Virus record (IMG/VR): IMGVR_UViG_3300025718_000181
Coordinates: 1 to 24,674 of that record
Direction: 5' to 3' (one strand)
Length of the DNA: 24,674 bases
Source: a virus
Taxonomy: Duplodnaviria > Caudoviricetes
In this document: positions 1 through 8,945 of the stretch, piece by piece
Position numbering within the stretch: position 1 is the first letter of the stretch
Layout: each line of letters opens with the position of its first letter
The notes under the pieces: model-generated
Seen by the model: the letters and a program-made list of their open reading frames with translations, nothing else
What the model was told of the DNA's origin: nothing
Databases searched by the model: none
Made by a program: the position numbers and the translations under genes

Positions 1-2
1 CC

Positions 3-155
3 CGACGTATCATCTATGTGTCTTGCGACCCAGGAACACTGGCCCGCGATCTAGGCGTCCTAACACAAGGCGGATACGTTGTTGAAAACGTACAACCAGT
101 GGATATGTTCCCTTGGACGCAGCACGTGGAGTGCGTGGTAGTGCTATATTTGTGA
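3..155 (+). CDS. rlmD: 3' end of 23S rRNA (uracil-5)-methyltransferase RlmD/RumA (partial, starts before the window)
   Basis: Frame 3 reads [50 protein letters not shown], containing the TrmA/RumA-family motifs YVSCDP.TLARD and DMFP.T.HVE; TGA at 153-155. Confidence 0.95.
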   Translation, partial: RRIIYVSCDPGTLARDLGVLTQGGYVVENVQPVDMFPWTQHVECVVVLYL

Positions 156-234
156 TTTCTGAAAGCCTTGATATGAGCGAGTCGTAGAGCGGGATGTTAC
201 TTTTATAGTGACAGAGTGCGTGGGGAAATATATT

Positions 235-272
235 AGCTAGATCGTTTTTATATTAAACGGTCTGGCTTTTTT
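235..272 (+). terminator. Intrinsic terminator downstream of rlmD
   Basis: AGCTAGATCGTTT (235-247) pairs with AAACGGTCTGGCT (255-267) with two G-U pairs, followed by a T-run. Confidence 0.7.
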
Positions 273-292
273 GATTTCTCTTGGATTATTTT

Positions 293-301
293 TGCTATCA
301 T
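293..301 (+). promoter_or_regulatory. Putative extended -10 promoter element for the hsd operon
   Basis: TG-C-TATCAT just after the terminator and about 130 nt upstream of hsdR. Confidence 0.4.
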
Positions 302-428
302 GGGAGGATATGATAGAAAAATGCAGAAATGTTAGAGTAGATAAAAACCCTGGCATCCCTTAGATTAAAATTCCCCGGCCATAAGATTCGCCGTCTTTGC
401 CAGGGGAAATGCTAAGATAGGAGAAACG

Positions 429-3227
429 ATGAAAACTGAAGCAGAAACACGAAAAAAATTAATTGATGCAAAACTCTATGCTGCAGGCTGGGATGTAAAT
501 AATCTTACCCAGGTTTCACAAGAGTATGATATTTCCGTGCCCCTTCCAGATGGAGTGGCGGAGCCGCGAACACCTTATGAAGGGCATCAATATAGTGATT
601 ATGTTCTGTTGGGGAGAGATGGGAAACCTCTGGCTGTAGTTGAAGCTAAAAAGAGTTCCAAAAACGCTGCAATCGGCCGGGAACAGGCTAAACAGTATTG
701 TTACAACATTCAAAGACAAAATGGTGGCAAACTATCTTTCTGTTTTTATACTAACGGTCTTGAGATTCACTTCTGGGACTTGGAAAATTACCCTCCCCGA
801 AAAGTAGTCGGCTATCCAACACGAGATGATTTAGAGCGGTTTCAGTATATTCGAGATCATAGAAAACAACTTGCTGATGAGCTTATAAATACAGAAATTG
901 CAGGAAGAGACTATCAGATTCGGGCAATTCGTTCAGTAATGGAAGGAATTGAAAAGAAACAACGGAATTTTCTTTTGGTAATGGCCACGGGAACGGGAAA
1001 AACAAGAACATGTATTGCCCTTGTCGATGCGCTCATGCGTGCAGGACACGCAGAGCGGGTGTTATTTCTGGTGGACAGAATTGCTTTACGGGAACAGGCG
1101 CTGTCGGCATTCAAAGAACATTTACCCAATGAACCTCGTTGGCCAAAAGATGGCGAAAAGCTCATTGCTAAAGATCGTCGTATCTATATTTCAACCTATC
1201 CAACAATGCTCAATATTATAAGGGAAGAAGGGAACACTCTTTCACCCCACTTCTTCGATCTGATTGTGATTGATGAAAGCCATCGTTCTATATATAACAC
1301 CTACGGAGAAGTGCTTGATTATTTCAAAGCAATTAGTCTCGGGCTAACTGCAACTCCTACAGATATCATTGACCACAATACTTTCAAGCTTTTTAATTGC
1401 GATAATGGTCTTCCAACATTTGCCTATACATACGAGGAAGCAGTTAATAACATACCGCCCTATTTGTGCAACTTTCAGGTGATGAAGATACACACCAAGT
1501 TTCAAGATGAAGGTATCAGTAAGCGAACGATTTCCCTGGAAGACCAAAAACGATTGATCCTCGAAGGTAAAGAGGTAGAAGAGATCAATTTTGAAGGCAC
1601 CGAGCTGGAGAAAACTGTGGTCAATAGGGGAACCAATGCACTCATCGTCAAAGAGTTCATGGAAGAATCAATAAAAGATTCAAATGGTGTTCTCCCTGGT
1701 AAAACAATATTTTTCTGCACTTCAATATCCCATGCGAGAAGAATCGAACAGATTTTCGATTCTCTTTATCCTGAGTATAAGGGTGAACTGGCAAAAGTTC
1801 TGGTTTCAGATGACCCAAGGGTCTATGGCAAGGGCGGCCTCTTGGCGCAGTTTACTAATAACGATATGCCTCGCATTGCCCTTAGTGTCGGTATGCTAGA
1901 TACCGGAATTGATATTAGAGAATTGGTGAACCTTGTTTTTGCTAAACCTGTATATTCTTATACCAAGTTCTGGCAGATGATTGGTCGTGGCACACGACTT
2001 TTGGAATCACATAAAATAAAACCCTGGTGTACTGAAAAGGACAGGTTCCTTATTCTGGATTGTTGGGACAACTTTGAATATTTTAAGCTCAATCCCAAAG
2101 GCAAAGAACCTACAGCTCAAATTCCACTCCCTGTGCGTTTTGTCGGCATCAGGCTTGATAAAATTGAAAAGGCAATCGACATTCAAAACGATGCTATTGC
2201 CAAAAAAGAGATTAATAAGCTTCGAGAACAGATCCAGGGACTACCGCAAAATTCAGTGGTTATTCAAGAGTCGGGCACAGAATTACAAAAGATCGAAGAT
2301 GATAATTTCTGGACAAGATTGACTCATGAAAAGATTAAATTTCTACATTCTACTATTAAACCGCTTTTCAGAACGGTTTCACAAACTGATTTTAAGGCAA
2401 TGCGATTTCAGAAAGATCTTCTTGAAGTATCATTGGCAAGATTGGCTAATGAAAAAGATAAATTCGAAACATTAAAGGATAATATCGTCGAACTAATTGG
2501 TGAACTCCCGCTATCAGTCAATATTGTTGCTAGGGAAGAGGCTATCATTAGGCTTTCTCAAACAAATAGCTATTGGGCAAAGGCAACTGACGAAACATTT
2601 GATGAACTTGCAGAAAAGTTATCTGCGCTTATGAAATACCGAGATGATATTAATCAACCTCTGGGACCTGCTCAGTTTGACTTTATCGACTTGCTGAAAA
2701 CAAAAGAAATGGTGGAATTCGGGCCAGAACACTCGGCAGTGAGTGTATCCAAGTACCGTGAAATGGTAGAAAAACTCATCATGGAACTTACTGAGAGTAA
2801 CCCTATTTTGCAGAAGATAAAGGATGGAAAAGAGATTACCGAGGATGAGGCGCAGGCGCTTGCAACCCTATTACACGATGAGCACCCTAATATCACCGAG
2901 GATTTACTAAAAAATGTGTATAAAAACCGTAAAGCAAAGTTTATTCAGTTCATTAGACATATCTTAGGGCTCGAAGTACTGGAAAGTTTCCCTGAAACAG
3001 TTACTAGGGCATTTGACCAGTTTCTCCATAGCCATACTAACCTAAGTTCAAGACAACTGGATTTTCTAAATCTACTGAAAGAGTTTATACTGGTAAAAGA
3101 AATCGTGCAAAAGCGAGATCTGATAGAATCCCCCTTTACTGTATTGCATCCACAGGGAATCCGTGGCTTGTTTACCCCATCGGAAATCAAAGAAATTTTA
3201 GAAATGACAGCAAAGGTGGCAGCATAA
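429..3227 (+). CDS. hsdR: Type I restriction enzyme R subunit (EcoEI/EcoAI-like)
   Basis: N-terminal EAETR..LID..L..AGW, nuclease motif DYVL...PLAVVEAKK, RDYQ, Walker A MATGTGKT, IVIDESHRS, GLTATP, QMIGRGTRL; GGAG RBS at 421. Confidence 0.95.
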   Translation: MKTEAETRKKLIDAKLYAAGWDVNNLTQVSQEYDISVPLPDGVAEPRTPYEGHQYSDYVLLGRDGKPLAVVEAKKSSKNAAIGREQAKQYCYNIQRQNGGKLSFCFYTNGLEIHFWDLENYPPRKVVGYPTRDDLERFQYIRDHRKQLADELINTEIAGRDYQIRAIRSVMEGIEKKQRNFLLVMATGTGKTRTCIALVDALMRAGHAERVLFLVDRIALREQALSAFKEHLPNEPRWPKDGEKLIAKDRRIYISTYPTMLNIIREEGNTLSPHFFDLIVIDESHRSIYNTYGEVLDYFKAISLGLTATPTDIIDHNTFKLFNCDNGLPTFAYTYEEAVNNIPPYLCNFQVMKIHTKFQDEGISKRTISLEDQKRLILEGKEVEEINFEGTELEKTVVNRGTNALIVKEFMEESIKDSNGVLPGKTIFFCTSISHARRIEQIFDSLYPEYKGELAKVLVSDDPRVYGKGGLLAQFTNNDMPRIALSVGMLDTGIDIRELVNLVFAKPVYSYTKFWQMIGRGTRLLESHKIKPWCTEKDRFLILDCWDNFEYFKLNPKGKEPTAQIPLPVRFVGIRLDKIEKAIDIQNDAIAKKEINKLREQIQGLPQNSVVIQESGTELQKIEDDNFWTRLTHEKIKFLHSTIKPLFRTVSQTDFKAMRFQKDLLEVSLARLANEKDKFETLKDNIVELIGELPLSVNIVAREEAIIRLSQTNSYWAKATDETFDELAEKLSALMKYRDDINQPLGPAQFDFIDLLKTKEMVEFGPEHSAVSVSKYREMVEKLIMELTESNPILQKIKDGKEITEDEAQALATLLHDEHPNITEDLLKNVYKNRKAKFIQFIRHILGLEVLESFPETVTRAFDQFLHSHTNLSSRQLDFLNLLKEFILVKEIVQKRDLIESPFTVLHPQGIRGLFTPSEIKEILEMTAKVAA

Positions 3228-3228
3228 T

Positions 3229-4794
3229 TTGTTACAAAACAACTCAGCAATCAAAAGTAAAATTAGTCAACTATGGGATAAATTCTGGTCCGGCGGTATA
3301 TCCAATCCTCTGACCGCCATTGAGCAGATCACCTATCTGCTCTTTATGAAACGGCTAGATGATCTTGATCTGAAGCGGGTATCTGATGCCGAGTTCACAG
3401 GGGAACAGTACATTTCTAAGTTTGATGGAGAGTTTACGCTTCCCGGAACCGAACTACAAATTGATAAACAGACTCTTCGCTGGAGCCATTTTAAACGAAT
3501 GCCGGCTGAAGAGATGCTGTCTCATGTGCAGATTAAAGTATTTCCCTTCTTGAAGATGCTCAATGGGGATGAATCGCCCTTTACCCATCACATGGAGAAT
3601 GCAGTCTTTATTATCCCTAAGCCTTCTTTGCTGGTAGAAGCAATGTCCACGATTGAAGAGATATTTGTGGAGATCGAAAAAGATGCCAACGAGGGTGGTC
3701 AGGCGTTTCAGGATATCCAGGGAGATGTCTATGAAATGCTCCTCTCCGAAATTGCTTCAGCAGGAAAAAATGGACAGTTTAGAACACCACGACATATCAT
3801 CAAGCTCATTGCCGAACTTGTAGAACCACAACTGGGCAATCGGATTGCCGACCCTGCCTGCGGAACCGGTGGCTTTTTGCTCGGCGCTTACCAGTATATG
3901 GTGACGCAGCTTGATAAAAACAAGAAGTATCTCCAGCCCGACGAAGATGGTTTTATTCGCAATTCGGTGAGTGGCCTGCTGACGAAAAAGGTAAGTGATA
4001 TGCTCAATGACAGCCTGTATGGTTATGATATCGATGTGACCATGGTACGACTGAGCCTGATGAACTTAATGATGCACGGTGTGGACACTCCCCATATTGA
4101 TTATAAGGACACTTTGAGCAAAGGATTTACGGAGTCAAATCAATATCAGATCATTATGGCTAATCCGCCGTTTACAGGAAGTATAGACAAGGGGGATATT
4201 AACGAATCGTTCAAATTAGGGACTACCAAAACTGAACTCTTGTTCGTAGAGAATATTTACAATCTACTTAAAATGGGTGGAACAGCTGGAGTGATTGTGC
4301 CGCAGGGCGTTTTGTTTGGTAGTGGTAAAGCGTTTGTTGAAGCACGAAAAATACTTATTGAAAAATGCGAACTCAAGGCTGTTATCACTATGCCCAGCGG
4401 AGTATTTAAACCCTACGCCGGAGTCAGTACCGCCATATTAATCTTTACCAAGGGCGGTGAAACAGAGAATGTCTGGTTTTACGATATGCAAAGTGATGGC
4501 TATAGCCTTGACGACAAACGGGCCAAACTGGATGGGTATGGTGATCTGCAAGATATCAAAACGCAGTATAAAAAGCGGGATCAGAAGAAAGAAAGTGACC
4601 GTAAAGAAAAGTTTTTCTTTGTGCCCAAAGGTGAGATTGTAGCAGAAAACTATGATTTAAGCATGAGTAAATACAAAGAGGATGTTTTTGAAGAGGTTGC
4701 ATATGAAAAGCCGGCAGTGATTATTGATAGGCTTAAGACTATGGAGAGTGAGATTAATGCAGAGCTGACTGAGCTTGAGGGAATGTTCGGATGA
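3229..4794 (+). CDS. hsdM: Type I RM methyltransferase M subunit (m6A)
   Basis: GQFRTPRHII, motif I DPACGTGGF, motif IV NPPF; TTG start 1 nt after the hsdR stop. Confidence 0.95.
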   Translation: MLQNNSAIKSKISQLWDKFWSGGISNPLTAIEQITYLLFMKRLDDLDLKRVSDAEFTGEQYISKFDGEFTLPGTELQIDKQTLRWSHFKRMPAEEMLSHVQIKVFPFLKMLNGDESPFTHHMENAVFIIPKPSLLVEAMSTIEEIFVEIEKDANEGGQAFQDIQGDVYEMLLSEIASAGKNGQFRTPRHIIKLIAELVEPQLGNRIADPACGTGGFLLGAYQYMVTQLDKNKKYLQPDEDGFIRNSVSGLLTKKVSDMLNDSLYGYDIDVTMVRLSLMNLMMHGVDTPHIDYKDTLSKGFTESNQYQIIMANPPFTGSIDKGDINESFKLGTTKTELLFVENIYNLLKMGGTAGVIVPQGVLFGSGKAFVEARKILIEKCELKAVITMPSGVFKPYAGVSTAILIFTKGGETENVWFYDMQSDGYSLDDKRAKLDGYGDLQDIKTQYKKRDQKKESDRKEKFFFVPKGEIVAENYDLSMSKYKEDVFEEVAYEKPAVIIDRLKTMESEINAELTELEGMFG

Positions 4795-5999
4795 AAATAG
4801 TTAAGCTTGCTGAGGTTGTAAAAGAATTAGAATCTGGTACCAGACCAAAGGGCGGTGTTTCATCTGAAACAGGGACAATACCAAGTCTTGGAGCCGAACA
4901 TTTGTCAGAAGATGGCCGTTTTAACTTTCATAAGAATAAATTTATAACAACTGAATTTTTTAATAGTTTAAAGTCAGGAAAAATTAAATATAATGATATA
5001 TTGATTGTAAAAGATGGTGCAACTACAGGGAAAGTAGCCTTTGTTAAAAATGACTTCCCCTTTACTAAAGCTGCAATTAATGAACATGTATTCCGTATTG
5101 CTATTGACAAGCAAATTGGTTTTTCAAAATATGTTTATTTTTTCTTAAGATCATTAGGCGGTAAGAAACAGATACTTAATGACTTTCGTGGTGCAACTGT
5201 TGGAGGAATCTCACGTCAATTTATAGAGTCAACAAAGATTCCCCTCCCTCCCCTCGAAGATCAAATCCGTATTGCCGCCGTTCTCACTCGCACTGAAAAG
5301 TTGATTGCTAAACGCAAAGAGGGTATCAAGGCGTTGAATGAACTCTTGAAGAGTACTTTTATGGATATGTTTGGGGATCCGGTGATGAATAAGAAGAGGT
5401 GGGATGTAAAAACAGCAATTGATTATGCTGGTTGTATTGTGCCAGGAAGAGATAAACCGAAAAGTTTCTCTGTTGGTACTCCGTGGGTAACAACAAATGA
5501 TTTAGTCCATTTAGGATTTACAGAAAAATCAAAATCGGATATTGGCTTATCTGATGATGAAATTAAGGAAGTACGGGCTCGAGTAATTCCTCAAGGTAGC
5601 GTAATAATTACTTGTGTTGGGGATCTTGGTGTTGCAACATTAGCGAGGGTAAATATGGTTGTCAATCAACAATTGCACGCTTTCCAATGCCATAATTCAA
5701 TAAATAATATATTCTTCATGCATGCAATTTCTTTTCAAAAAGCATTTATGTACAAAAGAGCGACAAAGACAACAGTGCCATATATGAATAAGACGGTATG
5801 CAATAGTATTCCTATGATTTGCCCCCCACTCACCCTCCAAAACCAATTCGCTTCCATCGTCGAAAAAGTCGAATCTCTTAAAATAAAGTACACCCAAAGC
5901 CTCACCGAACTGGAAAACCTCTATGGCACGGTCAGTCAACGGGCATTTAAGGGGAAATTAGATTTGAGCAAGGTCCCGGTGGAAGAAGTAAACCAGTAA
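4791..5999 (+). CDS. hsdS: Type I RM specificity subunit S
   Basis: Two TRDs each followed by the conserved repeat (KIPLPPLEDQIRI / PMICPPLTLQNQF), central MFGDP motif, C-terminal QRAFKGKL; ATGA overlap with the hsdM stop. Confidence 0.95.
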   Translation: MKIVKLAEVVKELESGTRPKGGVSSETGTIPSLGAEHLSEDGRFNFHKNKFITTEFFNSLKSGKIKYNDILIVKDGATTGKVAFVKNDFPFTKAAINEHVFRIAIDKQIGFSKYVYFFLRSLGGKKQILNDFRGATVGGISRQFIESTKIPLPPLEDQIRIAAVLTRTEKLIAKRKEGIKALNELLKSTFMDMFGDPVMNKKRWDVKTAIDYAGCIVPGRDKPKSFSVGTPWVTTNDLVHLGFTEKSKSDIGLSDDEIKEVRARVIPQGSVIITCVGDLGVATLARVNMVVNQQLHAFQCHNSINNIFFMHAISFQKAFMYKRATKTTVPYMNKTVCNSIPMICPPLTLQNQFASIVEKVESLKIKYTQSLTELENLYGTVSQRAFKGKLDLSKVPVEEVNQ

Positions 6000-6076
6000 A
6001 AGAATTTCACGAGGAAGTTGATATAGTTGTTTAGAATAACCCGGTTTCATCTCAAAAATAGAGCTGAGTAGAAGAA

Positions 6077-6117
6077 CTTTGTCGTTCTGTCCGCCGTTTA
6101 GACGCTGAATAAGCGTC
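6077..6117 (+). repeat. Diverged direct repeat, copy 1 (remnant of the 3' end of ORF 7260-7478)
   Basis: 33/41 nt identical to 7443-7483 including an exact 17-mer GACGCTGAATAAGCGTC; translates LCRSVRRLDAE* versus LCRFVRSSDAE*. Confidence 0.8.
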
Positions 6118-6124
6118 TTTTTTT
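6100..6124 (+). terminator. Intrinsic terminator after hsdS
   Basis: AGACGCT-GAATA-AGCGTCT hairpin followed by a T-run. Confidence 0.75.
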
Positions 6125-6286
6125 ATTGCCCACAAAATTAATGGAGGTATTTGGAAACTTTCGAAGAATAATAGTAGAAGTTGTGAATTATGGAATTTTT
6201 TATAATATAAAAGGGTGCAAGCAATGGTGGCACAGAAGCTGCGTGGTTTGAGTTAGGAAAATGAATCTGGCTTAGGAGGATTCGAA

Positions 6287-7216
6287 ATGACATTCTTAGA
6301 ATTGGCTCGGCTTACACTTGAAAAGGCTAAGGGGCCATTAACGGTTGATGAGATTTGGACTAGAGGGATAGAGTACGGCTACGCTCAGCAGGTTAGGACA
6401 ACGGGGAAAACGCCTTCACGGACAATCGGTGCTCAGTTATATGTAAATATTAGAGATAGTTCAAAACCTGATTTTTGTATAAGTAGTAAACGACCAACAC
6501 GTTTTGCATTATCGACCTGGGATAAGCAGGTACTTGAATCTGAACCCATCAAAGAAACTCAAAGTAAGACCTCATATATATACAAAGAACGGGACCTGCA
6601 TCAAATCTTAGCCTACTTCGCGTATAATTATATGAACATATTGACTAGAACTATTAATGACAAAATATCCAAAGGTGGTCCAAAAGGTAAAAATGAATGG
6701 ATTCATCCTGACATGGTTGGGCTTGATGTCTCCTCGATTAAAGATTTTAGTAAAGGCGTTCTTTCCTTTTCAAAACAAATAAATCAGACACCAATCGGCG
6801 TTTTTTCATTTGAGCTAAAGCGAAAGATTGAATTCTCCAACCTCAGGGAAAGTTATTTTCAAGCGGTCTCAAACTCACGTTGGGCGAACAAAGGATATTT
6901 AGTTTGTGCCGAAATAGATCAAAATGATATCGAATTGCTTGATGAGCTAGGACGACTTGCCAATGCATACGGCATAGGTGTTATAAAACTGGACCTTGTA
7001 AACCCAGATGAATCGAGAGTTCTTTACGATGCACACTATAATGAATCCATTGAATGGGGTTTTGTGAACTATCTCTTCGAGTTAAACGCGGACTATAAAA
7101 TGTTCATCGAAGCATCAATTGATATCATGAAAACAGAAGCCCTATATCGTGAAAAGTTTGATAAGGTATTATCTCAGCAAGAAATTATTACATGTGTCGA
7201 AGGATTTATGGGATAA
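6287..7216 (+). CDS. HARE-HTH (HB1/ASXL-type winged helix) plus COG2958/HrgA-like PD-(D/E)xK-fold protein
   Basis: N-terminal MTFLELA..TL...PLTVDEIW...GKTP.RTI.AQLY typical of HARE-HTH; C-terminal ERDLH, HPDMVG, SFELK, YFQAVSNS.WAN.GYLV typical of COG2958; AGGAGG RBS. Confidence 0.8.
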   Translation: MTFLELARLTLEKAKGPLTVDEIWTRGIEYGYAQQVRTTGKTPSRTIGAQLYVNIRDSSKPDFCISSKRPTRFALSTWDKQVLESEPIKETQSKTSYIYKERDLHQILAYFAYNYMNILTRTINDKISKGGPKGKNEWIHPDMVGLDVSSIKDFSKGVLSFSKQINQTPIGVFSFELKRKIEFSNLRESYFQAVSNSRWANKGYLVCAEIDQNDIELLDELGRLANAYGIGVIKLDLVNPDESRVLYDAHYNESIEWGFVNYLFELNADYKMFIEASIDIMKTEALYREKFDKVLSQQEIITCVEGFMG

Positions 7217-7259
7217 TTCTTAGCACTTTTATTGCTTGATAAATAAAGAGGTGATCATA

Positions 7260-7478
7260 ATGTACATAGCTTTCCCAGCAGATTCAAAGGTCAAAGCCCG
7301 ATTAGAAGCGGTTTGCAAATCGCTTAATATATCCCTCCAAGAATGGTTTGATACGGCTTTGATCGAATCAGAGCAGGATGTTTTGACTACGTTTCTGAGC
7401 AGCAATTCCGAGGATCAAACAGCATGGAAGTGGGATGCTACCCTTTGTCGGTTTGTTCGAAGTAGTGACGCTGAATAA
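7260..7478 (+). CDS. Small hypothetical protein, possible ribbon-helix-helix DNA-binding fold
   Basis: GAGGTG RBS before ATG at 7260 (preferred over TTG 7236); short strand YIAF, helix KVKARLEAVCKSL, turn, helix SLQEWFDTAL. Fold is inference. Confidence 0.55.
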   Translation: MYIAFPADSKVKARLEAVCKSLNISLQEWFDTALIESEQDVLTTFLSSNSEDQTAWKWDATLCRFVRSSDAE

Positions 7479-7483
7479 GCGTC
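7443..7483 (+). repeat. Diverged direct repeat, copy 2
   Basis: 33/41 nt identical to 6077-6117; overlaps the last 12 codons of ORF 7260-7478. Confidence 0.8.
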
Positions 7484-7503
7484 CTTGACTGGGAGGTAAT
7501 ACT

Positions 7504-7827
7504 CTGAAAAAAGTATATAAACTACTGTTTCTTTTCTGTGCTTTAAACATGGTGGATTATCTAACAACCATGCTATTAATAAGTTATGGGGGGGGAGAAG
7601 GAAATCCAATATCGAATTACTTTGTAGGCAATAATGCGCTACATTACTTCAAGATAGTCGGAGTTGGCTTAGTTTGCATCTACCTAATTCATGTAGCTAA
7701 GAGGAATCTGAAGAGTCAGTTGAGCGTGATTAGGGTGCTGTTGGCGACAAATTTGGTATTTAGTTTCATTGCTGTTTCTAACGTAGTTGTGTATTTTGTA
7801 CAGAAACATGATCTGGTGCTGAGATAA
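7504..7827 (+). CDS. Small multi-pass membrane protein, DUF5658-like
   Basis: DYLTT...GGGEGNP motif and hydrophobic segments. GGGAGG RBS at 7491-7496 precedes an in-frame CTG at 7504 (MKKVYKLLFLFCALNM...), 15 codons before the ATG at 7549. Confidence 0.6.
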   Translation: MKKVYKLLFLFCALNMVDYLTTMLLISYGGGEGNPISNYFVGNNALHYFKIVGVGLVCIYLIHVAKRNLKSQLSVIRVLLATNLVFSFIAVSNVVVYFVQKHDLVLR

Positions 7828-7851
7828 AGTACAATATAAGAAATCTTCTTT

Positions 7852-7883
7852 CCCTATACTCATGAAGTATAGGGCCTTTTTTT
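7852..7883 (+). terminator. Intrinsic terminator
   Basis: CCCTATACT-CATGA-AGTATAGGG, then CC and 7 T. Confidence 0.7.
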
Positions 7884-8073
7884 ATCGTCAATTCACTTTT
7901 CCGCCATGTTTCGCCGTCAATTAGGACTATAGTTGTCTGCAAGGAGCTTTTGCGAGGTGGTGGATAAGGGTAAGGGTAAGGCAGTTTCAATATGGTTAAG
8001 AGTTAGAAACATATTTTTGTCTAGGGTTGGTGGTATAGTTATATTCAGGGAAATAAAGGGAGGTATTGTAAGG

Positions 8074-8466
8074 ATGAAATACTTCGGACAAGATGAATTG
8101 CATATATTAGCAGAATGTTATGACTGCGGTAGAGTTCTTAAAATGAAAAGAGTAAACTTAACTGCAAACGAATTTGGCTTTAACATTAACCCAAATCCAA
8201 AATGTCCCTGTGGTAGGGCGTGTTTAACGATTGAAGGAAGTCCTCCATATAAATATACACCAACTATTGTTTCTACTAAGGATATACAGTTGAAATGTCC
8301 TAAATGTAAATCAACCAACCTTACTGCAAACAACAAAGGATTTGGATTAGGAAAAGCCGCTGTGGGAGGAATATTACTGGGGCCTGTTGGATTACTTGGA
8401 GGACTATTTGGTAGTAAAAAGCCAGTATTCATTTGTTTGAATTGTGGCAATCAATTTGAAAAGTAA
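8074..8466 (+). CDS. Zinc-ribbon / glycine-zipper protein of the type common in prophage accessory modules
   Basis: GGAGG RBS before ATG 8074 (preferred over 7933); CYDC, CPCG, CPKC and CLNC motifs flanking GFGLGKAAVGGILLGPVGLLGG; TG-G-TATAGT extended -10 at 8031-8039. Confidence 0.7.
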   Translation: MKYFGQDELHILAECYDCGRVLKMKRVNLTANEFGFNINPNPKCPCGRACLTIEGSPPYKYTPTIVSTKDIQLKCPKCKSTNLTANNKGFGLGKAAVGGILLGPVGLLGGLFGSKKPVFICLNCGNQFEK

Positions 8467-8477
8467 AGGGGATTATT

Positions 8478-8804
8478 ATGAAAACATTTCTTCAAATCAC
8501 GGGGGTTTTTTCTGCAATCTTATTCATAGTTGCTGGATTTCTACTATTAGATATCAAGTCAGTATCAGGCGATTCAATAGCAGAAAGTTTTTATCATGGA
8601 GTAGGCTGGATGTCGTTTGGCTTTGGATTATTGTCAGGTGGATTACTTATTGGATTCTCAGAGAAATTTGAAGACACTGTAATGATTTTAGATCGAGAAA
8701 ATGAAAACCCACCGATTGAAATTGATCAAGTTAAAACTGCAACTTCTGGAAATATTGCAAGTGATATGGTTAAAGACATAAAGGGGATTTTTAGTTCGAA
8801 ATAA
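8478..8804 (+). CDS. Hypothetical membrane protein with two TM helices
   Basis: AGGGGG RBS; two hydrophobic stretches (about residues 5-24 and 41-60) and an acidic C-terminal tail. Confidence 0.7.
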   Translation: MKTFLQITGVFSAILFIVAGFLLLDIKSVSGDSIAESFYHGVGWMSFGFGLLSGGLLIGFSEKFEDTVMILDRENENPPIEIDQVKTATSGNIASDMVKDIKGIFSSK

Positions 8805-8945
8805 ATCCTTGTAAGAATGTTGATATTGGGTTTCAAATCTATAAGGCAAATAACTAGTATAACATGATAGAGCAACATACTTCTGGCAGCCAAAAGCATT
8901 TATAAATAATTTTATGGGATATTAAGGGGAATTGGCAGATATTTC

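Noticed and set aside
4791-6100. Phase-variable hsdS shufflon driven by the tyrosine recombinase
   Set aside because: Only one hsdS, no silent TRD cassettes or flanking inverted repeats seen, and the recombinase is 13 kb away with its own candidate site.
7965-7981. TAAGGG tandem repeat as telomere-like or contingency repeat
   Set aside because: Fewer than three full units and non-coding under the preferred start; too short to support a function.
7933-8073. N-terminal extension of the zinc-ribbon ORF
   Set aside because: No RBS at 7933; promoter element and GGAGG point to ATG 8074.
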